Assembly (NCBI GenBank): GCA_963667015.2
Contig: CAXXJJ010000004.1
Coordinates: forward strand, 2,368,001-2,432,000
Source of the DNA: Desulfatiglandales bacterium
GTDB taxonomy: Bacteria; Desulfobacterota; DSM-4660; Desulfatiglandales; HGW-15
Direction of reading: 5' to 3'
DNA: 64,000 bases
How positions within the stretch are numbered: position 1 is the stretch's first letter; every line of letters begins with the position of its first letter. The position numbers were made by a program, and so were the translations under genes. Under the pieces are notes generated by a model. That model made no database searches. It had not been told where the DNA came from and saw only the letters and a list, made by a program, of their open reading frames with translations. Below are positions 27,440 to 37,414 of this stretch, in pieces.

Positions 27440-30400
27440 TTATATCTCTCTTTTTGAAAAAATCCATAGAGAAGCAGGTATCATCGTAAGGGTTATCAAT
27501 GTTCCGAAAGCAATACCAAAGCTGATTGAAATTGCTGCAGGGATAAGAAACTGTGCCTGCTCTGATGTTTCAAACATAAGAGGTGCAAGTCCAAAAATTG
27601 TGGTCAAAGAAGTAAGGATAATAGGTCTGAATCTATCACATACTGCTTTTATGATGCCCTTATGAATTGACATATCCATACTTATATTTCTGTTAAAACC
27701 TGTAACAAGAACCAGTGAATCATTTACTATTACTCCGGCCATTGCAATAATACCCATTATTGATACTATGGATAGATCATAACCGAAAGCAATGTGACCC
27801 CATACTGCACCAATAAGACTGAAGGGGATTACCGACATGACAAGAAGAGGCTGTTTCCAGGAATTAAAATATAAAGTTAAAAGAAGATATATAATACCCA
27901 GAACCACCATAAAACCGTTCCCCAGTGCGCCTAGCGCGTCATCTATCTCTTCTTCCTCTCCCCCGATGGTTACTGATACTCCGGGGAATTTTTTAGTCAA
28001 TGCCGATAATACCTTTTCATCAAGTTCATCTTCAATAAAATCATCACTGATACCGGTCATGATATCGGCAGTTACAGGGAAAATACGCTTTCCGTCCCTT
28101 CGCACCAGGTTTGTCCTGGTATGATTGCGCGTAATCTCCGCTACCTGGGACAGGGGAACCAGTGAACCATATTGATTTTTAAGCATTACCTCCTGCATGG
28201 TACTGATGTCCCCGCGTTCTTTTTCACTCAACCGGACCATCACCTTTATTTCATTACCGTCTCTTACAAAGCGGTATGCCTCTGCCCCGTAAAAACGATG
28301 CCTGACCTGATTTGCCATATCCTCTGCGGTAATACCCATCTTGAGTCCATCCTTTTTAAAACTCAATTTTAACTGGGGCTTTCCTGCATGAACACCATCA
28401 TCGATTGACGATAACCCTGGTATTTCTCCCATTTTTTCACCAATAAAGGATGCAGCTTTTTCTGCGGTACCTGTATCCGGATGAAAAACTTCAAGCCTAA
28501 TTGGTTCACCTCCTGTAATCTTTGTCTCTCCGGTAAAATTTACTGACTCGAGTTTTCCCCTGTCACCAAATGCCTTTTGCCACTCAAGAGCAAATTCGGG
28601 ACCGGAAACAGTTCTCTTCTCCCTGGGAGGCAGCCCCAGAAGGACCGAGATATAATGAGATCCTGCAAGAGTTTCCACCTCTATTTCTCCCTCCTCAAGC
28701 CTTGTTCCAATCAATGAAAATACTCCCTTTGACTCCATTTTATTATCCCTGAGCACACGGTAAGCAGCATCGACTATTTTCCTTTGAATTTCAACTGACT
28801 CTGCCCTGGGAGAACCATAGGGCAGTGCGGCCTGTGCAATAACAGTGTCTGACTCAATAGTAGGTGTAAAACTGAACTCCAAAAGGCCGCCCGCAACACC
28901 TCCTGCTGTTATTAACATCAGAGAAATAAAAACAGATATGGCAGCAACAGGATATTTAAGGCACAACTCAATGCACTTTTTAAATTTGCCCTGTATAAGA
29001 ATCTCAAGCCTTTCATTGAAAACCTGCTGCGGACGGGCAAGAAAATTTATCCAGGATCTGTCATGGCTGCCATCGGCCAGATGAACCGATAGGATAAAAA
29101 CTGACTCTACAATTGATACAAGCAGTACTGCGACAATCACAGCCGGTATCTGCCTGAAGACAACTCCCATTGAACCGGGCACATAAAACATGGGCATAAA
29201 TGCCAGAATTGTTGTTGATGTTGCCATGAGAATCGGAAGGCCCATTTCTTTCAGGCCCATTACGGCTGCAGACAAAGGGTCCATCCCTTTACATCTGTAT
29301 GAGTGAATGGCTTCTCCCATCATTATGGTGTCATCAACTACAACGCCTATGACTACGATAAAGGCAAACAATGAGATCATATTCAGAGAGGCATTAAATA
29401 GAGGGAAAATCAGTAACCCTCCAAGAAGCGAGGTGGGCATACCGATCATTACCCAGAAAGCAAGACGAGGTTCAAGGAAGATACCAAGAATAAAAATAAC
29501 AAGGATGAGTCCGATTAATGCGTTGTTTACAAGCAGGGACATACGGCTGCGGTAGGCGCTTGCCTCGTTTTCAAAAATGTTAATGTCCACACCCCTGTAT
29601 TTTTCTTTTGCAGTATGCTCAAGGTACTCTGTTACTTTAGCTTCAACCGATATTGGAGAGTCATCACCAACAGCGTAGACATTGATCAATATGGCAGGAT
29701 TTCCATTAAACCAGGATTCGACTGTAAAATCTCCAAATGTGTCTTTTAAAACCGCAATTTCAGATAATTTCAAAGGCCTTCCGGATTTTGTCTGCGATAT
29801 TACTATATCAGAAAATTTATCTGCCCATTCCCGGCGTTCAGAAGTCCTTATTGCGATATCGGAATTTTCGGAAAAAATATTCCCCCCCGGAAGATCAAGG
29901 GAATTTTCACTGATCTTTAGTGCAATATCTTCCAGTGTAATCCCATACTCTCTGAGGATTTTTTCTGTAACTTCTACAGATATTTCAGGCTCAGGAGGAA
30001 AAGCCACTTCAACTTTCCTGAGACCCATCTCTGTGCGTAAATCATCCCTGATTGATTCGGCGGTTCTCAGAAGCCACATGAGCGGCTGATCACCTGATAC
30101 TGTTAATGAGAGGGCTTTTTCAACTTCAGATGGAACACTGACTACAGGTTTTTCCGCTTCCCGTGGGAAGGTGGTAATGCGATCCACGGCAATTTTAACA
30201 TCACCCAGCACTCTCTGTACGTCAGCGCTCTCAAGAAGGCTCATGGTAACAATTCCTGCACCTTCATTTGCTTCGGAGTCAACATGCTTAATTCCATCCA
30301 GTCCGCGGACTGCATTCTCAATTAATAAAAGCACAGAGGTTTTAATATCATCGGGAGAGGCGCCGGGCAGTTCCACTTCCACCTGTATTTCACGTTCTTT

Positions 30401-30523
30401 CATTTCAGGCAAAAGCTCCTGCCTGATAGTCATAGAGCTGATCAGGCCTCCTGCAATCAGCAATAACATTATACTGTTTGCAAATGCCTTTCGGTTTAAC
30501 AAAGAATGAAGAATCCTGCTCAT
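27440..30523 (-). CDS. RND efflux permease (AcrB/AcrD/AcrF family)
   Basis: 1027 aa, LPGASP, GVVVDD, RFRPIILTSLTT, RND transmembrane pattern. Confidence 0.93.
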   Translation of the reverse strand: MSRILHSLLNRKAFANSIMLLLIAGGLISSMTIRQELLPEMKEREIQVEVELPGASPDDIKTSVLLLIENAVRGLDGIKHVDSEANEGAGIVTMSLLESADVQRVLGDVKIAVDRITTFPREAEKPVVSVPSEVEKALSLTVSGDQPLMWLLRTAESIRDDLRTEMGLRKVEVAFPPEPEISVEVTEKILREYGITLEDIALKISENSLDLPGGNIFSENSDIAIRTSERREWADKFSDIVISQTKSGRPLKLSEIAVLKDTFGDFTVESWFNGNPAILINVYAVGDDSPISVEAKVTEYLEHTAKEKYRGVDINIFENEASAYRSRMSLLVNNALIGLILVIFILGIFLEPRLAFWVMIGMPTSLLGGLLIFPLFNASLNMISLFAFIVVIGVVVDDTIMMGEAIHSYRCKGMDPLSAAVMGLKEMGLPILMATSTTILAFMPMFYVPGSMGVVFRQIPAVIVAVLLVSIVESVFILSVHLADGSHDRSWINFLARPQQVFNERLEILIQGKFKKCIELCLKYPVAAISVFISLMLITAGGVAGGLLEFSFTPTIESDTVIAQAALPYGSPRAESVEIQRKIVDAAYRVLRDNKMESKGVFSLIGTRLEEGEIEVETLAGSHYISVLLGLPPREKRTVSGPEFALEWQKAFGDRGKLESVNFTGETKITGGEPIRLEVFHPDTGTAEKAASFIGEKMGEIPGLSSIDDGVHAGKPQLKLSFKKDGLKMGITAEDMANQVRHRFYGAEAYRFVRDGNEIKVMVRLSEKERGDISTMQEVMLKNQYGSLVPLSQVAEITRNHTRTNLVRRDGKRIFPVTADIMTGISDDFIEDELDEKVLSALTKKFPGVSVTIGGEEEEIDDALGALGNGFMVVLGIIYLLLTLYFNSWKQPLLVMSVIPFSLIGAVWGHIAFGYDLSIVSIMGIIAMAGVIVNDSLVLVTGFNRNISMDMSIHKGIIKAVCDRFRPIILTSLTTIFGLAPLMFETSEQAQFLIPAAISISFGIAFGTLITLTMIPASLWIFSKREI

Positions 30524-31665
30524 TATATTCGTCCCCCGCTATTTTCTTCATCCTGTAAAACAATCGTTTCTGACTTTACAGCATTCAGTTTCATACCCTG
30601 TAAAGGACTCGCGATATGAGAAAGGATTACCCTTTCTCCTTCATTCAGACCTTTATTTACGCATATATTCCGGCTATCCTCACCGGAGATTATAACATTG
30701 CGTATCTCCAGGGTGTTTTCCTGGCTTAGTACCCAGACGGTGCCTGAGGCGCGCAGAGCAGCTTTATCAAGTACAACAACATTTTTATGACATTTACCGG
30801 GAAGGATTACAGCGGCATGGGAACCCATTGTTATGTTGTCCGCTGTAAATTCAACAAGGGCCTGCTTTTGCCTTGTATCACTGTCTATCTGCGGGATTAC
30901 AGACTTTATATGCCCGATATACTGATTCGGACCGACCTGAATTGTCACGCTGCTGTCTTCAGTATCCAGAGAGTACCCGGATGAATAGTTTGCAATGATA
31001 TGATAAGTTTCTGTACAGGCAAAGCTTATGGGTATCTCCCCTGGATCAGTATACTGACCGATGGCAACCGATTCATCAAGAATGATACCTGCACACGGGG
31101 ATAATATCCGGGTTTTTTCAAGGTTCAGTCTGGCCATGTCCAGCCGTGCTTCAGTAGCTTTCATCCGCGCTTTCAGTTCTTTAAGCTGGGGCTGGCGAAG
31201 CATAAGAGGATTTTTATTAACCATCACCTCTGGATCATCCAGCAGTTCCATCTCTTTTTTAACAACATTCTGCCAGCCCATTTCCATCTCCAGGGCCTGC
31301 TGTGACTGTTCATTGGCAGCTTCGGCTTCTGCAAGAACATTAAGGTAGTCTCTATTATCAAGTGAAAAAAGCAATTTACCCTTTTGAATTTTTGCACCTT
31401 TATAGACATCATTACCTATTAAATCAATTTTACCGGCTAATTCACTCCTGATATTTACTGTTTCAGCAGGTTCTACAAAACCCCATGCAGGTATCTTTAA
31501 CTGATAGTCTGACCTTTTAACAGTACCAGTTTTTACATTAATGGTATGATCAATATTATAAGGGATTGGATTTCCCTCTTCACCCGAAATAAGGGCCAGT
31601 GTTAATCCGCAGCCTGTGACTAATATTAAGACAACATACAATAATTCTTTATTAATAACTTTCAT
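30523..31665 (-). CDS. RND periplasmic adaptor (membrane fusion protein)
   Basis: N-terminal TM, lipoyl halves (IRSELAGKI; TRILSPCAG), coiled hairpin, GLNEGERVI. Alternative start at 31686. Confidence 0.88.
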   Translation of the reverse strand: MKVINKELLYVVLILVTGCGLTLALISGEEGNPIPYNIDHTINVKTGTVKRSDYQLKIPAWGFVEPAETVNIRSELAGKIDLIGNDVYKGAKIQKGKLLFSLDNRDYLNVLAEAEAANEQSQQALEMEMGWQNVVKKEMELLDDPEVMVNKNPLMLRQPQLKELKARMKATEARLDMARLNLEKTRILSPCAGIILDESVAIGQYTDPGEIPISFACTETYHIIANYSSGYSLDTEDSSVTIQVGPNQYIGHIKSVIPQIDSDTRQKQALVEFTADNITMGSHAAVILPGKCHKNVVVLDKAALRASGTVWVLSQENTLEIRNVIISGEDSRNICVNKGLNEGERVILSHIASPLQGMKLNAVKSETIVLQDEENSGGRI

Positions 31666-33064
31666 GCGTATTACTCCATCCTGCACCCAGCGCTCTTAAT
31701 AGACTGCATCTGTTTATAAGAAGCTCTTCCTGGAGTTCTAATTCCTCAACCTGCAGGTTCTGAAGATCAATTAGTGAAGAAAGAACAGTAAGGTAAGGCC
31801 CCTTTCCGTTGATATAAAACAGCCTTGAATTATCAACGGTTTTGCGGGCATTTAATATTTGTCTTTTCAGGATTTTCTGTTTATCAAACAACCTGTGTTC
31901 CCTGTTTACAGAATCTTCAACTTCACGCACTGCTTCAAGTACTGCCTGTTTCAGTAGTGCAAGTGATTCACAAACCTCCGCCTCCCGCTGGTTCATTTGT
32001 GCCTTAAGACGCCCTGCATCAAAGATGGGTGCAAGCAGACTGCTTGTCAGGCTCAAGACTGTTTCAGTTTCAACCGAGGAGAAGCTTTGCCTGCTTCTTC
32101 CATATGAAACACCAAGGGAAAGCCGGGGGAACCTTTCGGCTACCGAAGCAGCCAGATTGCGGTCAGCTGCCTGTAAAGCGAGAAAGCACGCCCGTAAATC
32201 CGCCCGGTTGATGAAAAGTTCAAAAGGTGCAGCAACCACGGTCAATTTTTCAATTGAAGGCAGCTCATCATCAATGAGATCAGTACAATCCGGAAGAGTG
32301 CCCATCAGAACCGCATAGGTATTGGAGGCTACGAGTTTTTTTGAGATTATTTCAGGCAGGGCCTTTTCAGTTGCCAACAATCGCCCCCGCTGCTGCAGTA
32401 TATCAACACGGCTTCCCTGTCCCTGCTTATAATATGCTTCTGTCAAAGCAAGAAATTTAAGATTCGTTTCATGCTGCTCTGCCAGGACATTCTCAAGCTT
32501 TTTTGATACATGGTAGTTTATCCATGCCCGGACCAGAAGATCCTGAAGATCCATTTTTGTTTTATCCAGTATTGCCTCTTTTTCTTTGACGGTCAGAGAG
32601 GACGCCTTTTCTTTAGCCCGTAACTGCCCCCATATATCCGGTTCCCACTTCATGATACCACTCAAAGAAAATATGTTTCCTGTACCATGTTCAGTTCCGC
32701 TGCTATTGCCCCCAATCTTTGAACGATCAAAGCCTGCCCCTGCATCTATTGAAGGAAATAAAGATGAGTGTTTAACACGATGAGCAGCAACCGCCTGCTC
32801 AACACGTGCTGCGGCAGCCTCCACTTCATGATTTTGGCTGATCAGCTTAACAACATCATCATGCAGATTTTTAGATGGAAAACTGTCTTGCCATTGCGGC
32901 TGTCCTTCAGGAACCGATAAAATATCACCCGAATATTCCTGGGGGAATTTTTCTCCTGCATTAAAATTCTTATGAACAGGGGCAAGGCTGCAGCCGGATA
33001 AAAACAATAGACACCCCAGGGATATGGCTGATTTATTAAATGAATTGCCTGTTATTTTAGACAT
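31652..33064 (-). CDS. Outer membrane efflux factor (OprM/TolC family lipoprotein)
   Basis: Lipobox LSGC; WEPDIWG, NRADL, RFPRLSL, APIFDAG, RALGAGW. Confidence 0.9.
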   Translation of the reverse strand: MSKITGNSFNKSAISLGCLLFLSGCSLAPVHKNFNAGEKFPQEYSGDILSVPEGQPQWQDSFPSKNLHDDVVKLISQNHEVEAAAARVEQAVAAHRVKHSSLFPSIDAGAGFDRSKIGGNSSGTEHGTGNIFSLSGIMKWEPDIWGQLRAKEKASSLTVKEKEAILDKTKMDLQDLLVRAWINYHVSKKLENVLAEQHETNLKFLALTEAYYKQGQGSRVDILQQRGRLLATEKALPEIISKKLVASNTYAVLMGTLPDCTDLIDDELPSIEKLTVVAAPFELFINRADLRACFLALQAADRNLAASVAERFPRLSLGVSYGRSRQSFSSVETETVLSLTSSLLAPIFDAGRLKAQMNQREAEVCESLALLKQAVLEAVREVEDSVNREHRLFDKQKILKRQILNARKTVDNSRLFYINGKGPYLTVLSSLIDLQNLQVEELELQEELLINRCSLLRALGAGWSNTHESY

Positions 33065-33084
33065 GATATAATCTTTTCAGCCTG

Positions 33085-34065
33085 TTAAAAGTTATACATT
33101 ATTCCCAGGACAGCACTTATCTCAATATCATCATCTACAATAGGGCTGTTGCTTATTTCACTGCCAAGCTTGTTTGCTTCTATCAAAGCTACAAATGTAT
33201 AATTTCCAAGGAACGGCTTTTGAATCATGAGCTCAGCGCCTATTTCTAAGCATGATCCGGGATCATATAATGGGCGCTCTAAAGTGGCTTCCCGGGCTGA
33301 GACACCATATAAATAGTCAACCTTTTTCCTGCTAAGCCAAGACACATTTAATCCTGCATTTAGTTGAAACCCTGCAACGTGCCATGGATACTCCAGAGAA
33401 AGTTCAACTTCCTGACCGCTTTTCTCGCTACTAATATCGTGGAGCACTTCAATGCCTGTTATAAAATCTCCCACCATCATTTCGCCCTCCAGCCCGACAC
33501 TGTATGTTGAACTTAATTTATCCATACCTGTCAGATAACTACTGTCTCCGGGATCGTAACCCTCTTCAAAAATATATTCTCCCATAGCGGCCACTGAGTA
33601 TGATTTCCCTTGAAACATTGTATAGGAGACGCTCAACCCATCCTGTGTCATAATTTCAAAGGGCCCGTTCTCGTATCTCAGGAATGGCACAGGCTGTATT
33701 TCACTGTCCACTCCCCTGTAGACATCTCTCTCAAAAAGCACCGCAGCGCCTAGAGACAACTCTCCTCCTATTAACGGCAGTTCCTTTTCTTCCTCAACAT
33801 GCAGGATATCTTCATCTTGTGAGAGAATGAATTCATACACACGCCCATCCCTATCCCTTGCTTCTACTTCAGTTACCGGTATGCCATTCCATGTGTCTTC
33901 CCTGATTTCCACGATCTCAGCACCCGGATATTTATTTTTTATTTTATACTTTACAGCTTCGGAAATTTCTTCAGCACCCGAAGAAGGGATGACTCCCAAA
34001 GAAACATACAAAAATATTAACTGTATAGTTATCCACCCAAGTCCCTTAATTTTTAGATATAACAA
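33085..34065 (-). CDS. MipA/OmpV-family outer membrane protein with N-terminal PepSY-like domain
   Basis: Signal peptide; AVKYKIKNKYPGAEIVEI...TEVE...GRVYEFILSQD (PepSY-like); YRGVD...PVPFLRYE, YLYGVS, ISNSPIVD and terminal Phe (MipA); RBS AGGAGG before TTG. Confidence 0.82.
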   Translation of the reverse strand: MLYLKIKGLGWITIQLIFLYVSLGVIPSSGAEEISEAVKYKIKNKYPGAEIVEIREDTWNGIPVTEVEARDRDGRVYEFILSQDEDILHVEEEKELPLIGGELSLGAAVLFERDVYRGVDSEIQPVPFLRYENGPFEIMTQDGLSVSYTMFQGKSYSVAAMGEYIFEEGYDPGDSSYLTGMDKLSSTYSVGLEGEMMVGDFITGIEVLHDISSEKSGQEVELSLEYPWHVAGFQLNAGLNVSWLSRKKVDYLYGVSAREATLERPLYDPGSCLEIGAELMIQKPFLGNYTFVALIEANKLGSEISNSPIVDDDIEISAVLGIMYNF

Positions 34066-34237
34066 TTTTCAATCCTCCTGCTTCTCTGGTTTTTACTCAA
34101 GGAGGGAAAGGTGTAAATATCGCTTTCCCCCAAGTCACATTACTGTTTTTTATATATATGGCGTCCGATAAAACCTGTCTTTAATTGAGTACAGGTCTGT
34201 AAATATGTAATACCGGCAGTCACTATGACAGGTCATG

Positions 34238-34256
34238 TGTGAAAAGAATGTCAAAA
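34238..34256 (-). promoter_or_regulatory. OmpR/ColR-type direct-repeat binding box
   Basis: Minus strand TTTTGACA-TTC-TTTTCACA, an 11-bp periodic direct repeat, upstream of the MipA-RND-ColRS operon. Confidence 0.6.
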
Positions 34257-34273
34257 AAGAATTAAAAAATTGT

Positions 34274-35578
34274 GGATCATCCGGTTAATGAGTACGCCTG
34301 AGAGTGTAAATGATACAATCTCAATTTAAAGTATACCATATCCCGAAAGCCATAGGCCTGTCTTTTAAGGGTTTTTATTTTATTATTAATACCTTCGACT
34401 TGAGCGGAAGTAATTCGATGGAAAAAGTAGTTCAATAAACCATGGCTATGCTGCATAAGGGTTTTGGATACTTTTACTAAAGGTTTTATGCCTGATTTTT
34501 CAGCATCAGTGCACCACGCATCCAGGAACAAAGCTGCGTCAATGTAAGTGTCTTTTTCCCAAAATTGTCTCAGTTGTTCTTTCATTGTATGGGCAGTGAA
34601 AAGAGGTTCGTTGACCCGGAGCAAGTTATTAAGGCGGTCTTGCTTTTCATCACAAAGTTTTTCGTAATTTTTCAAAAGAAGGAAGCGGGAGCCTTTTATG
34701 AGATTTGCTCCTTCTTGATCGATTTTTGCCTGTTGCTCCCGCCTCACATCCTCAATGGCATTGTTCATTAAAGCAGAGATGTGATAGTGATCGAAAACTA
34801 TTGGTACAAGGGGCAAATGCTCCTGCACTGCAGCGATAAAGCTTTTACTCATGTCCATGGCAATGGCTTTTAGCTTAGGGGATCTTTTTTTTATGCGTTT
34901 TAGAAAGGGTTCTATATCTTCACCTGATCGGCCTTCAACGGCGTGGAGTATACGTCCTGATTTAAGATCAACAAAGATACTCATATAATTATGACCTTTT
35001 CTAATACTGAATTCATCAATGCCCAGGTATTCTAATTTTTCCAATGGTGGTGTTTTGTAACGGCGTTTTAAGTGTTCCTTATGGATATCTTTAATCAGAT
35101 CCCAACCAACACTTAGAATGCTGGCTGTTCCGGAGATAGTCATCCAGTGTAGTAGATCAATAGCAAATTTTGCGAAACGCCTTGTATATCGTTTTTTACC
35201 CTCGGAAAAAGGGAGTTTAGGCCATCTTAGAGAGTGACAGTCTTCACAATAAAGACGCCATATCTTTACCCTTAGAAAGGTTGGCCTCGAACCTATGGGG
35301 TTCATTTTAAAATCCCTGATTTTTACACCCTTTTGTCTGCTTGTTTTATGACTTTTACACTCAGGGCAATACTCAATGGAATTTGATACTTCTAAGTTAA
35401 ATATAGTAACCCCATTTTTATATTTTGTAGAAATATACTTGACTCCTTTGATTCCAAAGGCATGATAGAGTAATGAGGTGGACATGTGGTTGATACCTCC
35501 TTTTGGTGTGGTTACCATTGGATTATCAACCTATTCCACCTCTATTTCAACTTTATGTACTCATTAACCGGATGATCC
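34274..35578 (-). mobile_element. ISL3-family insertion sequence, 1305 bp
   Basis: Perfect 22-bp IRs GGATCATCCGGTTAATGAGTAC (34274-34295, 35557-35578); 8-bp TSD AAAATTGT (34266-34273, 35579-35586). Confidence 0.95.
34277..35485 (-). CDS. ISL3-family transposase
   Basis: Zn finger CPEC...CEDC, GIDEF, AMDMS, VFDHYH, EGINNKIKTLKRQAYGFRD; ATG at 35485 follows AGGAGG. Confidence 0.95.
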   Translation of the reverse strand: MSTSLLYHAFGIKGVKYISTKYKNGVTIFNLEVSNSIEYCPECKSHKTSRQKGVKIRDFKMNPIGSRPTFLRVKIWRLYCEDCHSLRWPKLPFSEGKKRYTRRFAKFAIDLLHWMTISGTASILSVGWDLIKDIHKEHLKRRYKTPPLEKLEYLGIDEFSIRKGHNYMSIFVDLKSGRILHAVEGRSGEDIEPFLKRIKKRSPKLKAIAMDMSKSFIAAVQEHLPLVPIVFDHYHISALMNNAIEDVRREQQAKIDQEGANLIKGSRFLLLKNYEKLCDEKQDRLNNLLRVNEPLFTAHTMKEQLRQFWEKDTYIDAALFLDAWCTDAEKSGIKPLVKVSKTLMQHSHGLLNYFFHRITSAQVEGINNKIKTLKRQAYGFRDMVYFKLRLYHLHSQAYSLTG

Positions 35579-35871
35579 AAAATTGTAGAAAATGAAGTTA
35601 TAGGAAATTAAGAGTGAAGATAGATGTTTTAGTGAATAATATTCAAATATATCAGAATTTAAAAGAAAATGGATACTTCGATTAAACCTTTGCCAGATGG
35701 TTATGGCCCGGCACGCAGGGCAAGGGAGTAGGAGATGAAATTTTTATTGATATAATAATGTTACCTGTTATATAAATTATATCAGTTAGTGTTTTTATAA
35801 AGGAATCATCAGATTCAGTTAGTTTATATTCATATCCGGATACTCCGGTATGTTATTTTATATACATAGAT

Positions 35872-36600
35872 ATGAAGTATAAAATTTTTACCTACATTCT
35901 CCTGGCTTTCTTTATTTCCTCATGCTCCATGAAAAGGAGTTACGTCAGGGTTGAAAAGCCCTCTACAGGTAACAGCACCTCCTCGAAAAAAGACGGTTCA
36001 TATGTAATAGACGGGGAACGCTATTACCCCATTACCAGTTCGTCAGGATTTGTTCAGCTTGGCAAGGCATCCTGGTATGGAGACGAATTCCATGGCCGAA
36101 AAACTGCAAATGGCGAAGTATATGACATGCACCAGAAAAGTGCTGCTCATAAGATCCTGCCCTTCAACACATATGTTAAGGTACAGAACCTGGACAATAA
36201 CACTTACACGATTGTAAGGATCAACGACCGCGGCCCGTTTAAAAAGGGAAGAATAATAGATCTCTCATTCGAGGCGGCAAAGGAAATAGGCCTTGTTGGC
36301 CCCGGTGTTGCCAATGTAAAAATCACTGCCCTTAGAAAAGATCAAATTGATCCGGGTATAAAGGAAGGGACTTTCACAGTTCAGGTCGGTTCATTTGGTG
36401 AGCAGGAAAATGCCAAAAGACTCGGAGAAAAGTTGAGGATTTTATACGATTATATAAACATAACAGAATTTAAAGATGCAAATAATAGAAAATTCTTCAG
36501 ACTGCACGTATCAAAAACCCATACCCTTGACAGTGCAGTCGAGATAGAGAAAAAACTGGAAGAAATGGGTTTTACAGAGGCATTTATTGTACGCCTCTAA
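35872..36600 (+). CDS. rlpA: Septal ring lytic transglycosylase RlpA with SPOR domain
   Basis: Lipobox SSC; GKASWYG, TANGE, VRINDRGPF, IIDLS; SPOR VQVGSF. Confidence 0.92.
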   Translation: MKYKIFTYILLAFFISSCSMKRSYVRVEKPSTGNSTSSKKDGSYVIDGERYYPITSSSGFVQLGKASWYGDEFHGRKTANGEVYDMHQKSAAHKILPFNTYVKVQNLDNNTYTIVRINDRGPFKKGRIIDLSFEAAKEIGLVGPGVANVKITALRKDQIDPGIKEGTFTVQVGSFGEQENAKRLGEKLRILYDYINITEFKDANNRKFFRLHVSKTHTLDSAVEIEKKLEEMGFTEAFIVRL

Positions 36601-36601
36601 A

Positions 36602-36883
36602 TCAGGGATTGAGTTTATCTCTTAATACACCCGATGTCTTGAAAATAACAACCCTTCTTGGTGCCAGGATAAGATCTTCCGAGGTCTGAGGATTTCTTCC
36701 GCGTCTTTGCGCCTTACCTTTCACAGACAGCTTTCCAAACCCGCTTATTAAAACATCATCACCACTTGTGAGGGATGACTTAATCATCTCGAACAGTCTT
36801 TCGACAACAGAGCGGGACTTTGTTTTGCTCAAGCCAACATTGTCATAGATATCACAAATAATTTGTTCTTTTGTTAAAGCCAT
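36602..36883 (-). CDS. ihfA: Integration host factor subunit alpha
   Basis: MALTK, ISGFGK, GRNPQT, RRVVIFK. Confidence 0.85.
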   Translation of the reverse strand: MALTKEQIICDIYDNVGLSKTKSRSVVERLFEMIKSSLTSGDDVLISGFGKLSVKGKAQRRGRNPQTSEDLILAPRRVVIFKTSGVLRDKLNP

Positions 36884-36919
36884 TGCCAATCCTCCGGGTC
36901 ATGATGATACATAAGATTT

Positions 36920-37414
36920 TTACTTTTTATCAAAACCAAATTTTTGTTTCAGTTTAGCACAGACTATAGGCGGCACAAGACCTTTTATATCACCGCCATA
37001 CCTGGCAGCCTCCTTCACAATCGTTGAGCTGATGTAAAACCATTTATAATCTGTCATCAAAAATACGGATTGAATATCCCTGTTGAGCTTCCTGTTCATT
37101 AACGCCATCTGGAATTCATACTCAAAATCAGATAATGCCCTCAGTCCACGGACAATAACATTTGTATTTTTTTTGACAGCATAATCAATGAGCAGCCCGT
37201 TAAATGTATCGATCTCAATGTTTTCTTCACTTTTAAAGATCTCACTCAGCATTGAAATCCGCTCTTCGAGTGAAAACAGAGGAGTCTTATTGGGATTAAT
37301 CAGTATTGCAACAACTAACTTATCAAATATTTTTAAGGCACGTTTTATTATACTTATATGTCCATTGGTCAGGGGATCAAATGTTCCCGGATATATTGCT
37401 AATTTCTGGCTCAT
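36920..37414 (-). CDS. coaD: Pantetheine-phosphate adenylyltransferase
   Basis: YPGTFDPLTNGH, RGLRALSDFEYE, ISSTIVKE. Confidence 0.96.
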   Translation of the reverse strand: MSQKLAIYPGTFDPLTNGHISIIKRALKIFDKLVVAILINPNKTPLFSLEERISMLSEIFKSEENIEIDTFNGLLIDYAVKKNTNVIVRGLRALSDFEYEFQMALMNRKLNRDIQSVFLMTDYKWFYISSTIVKEAARYGGDIKGLVPPIVCAKLKQKFGFDKK

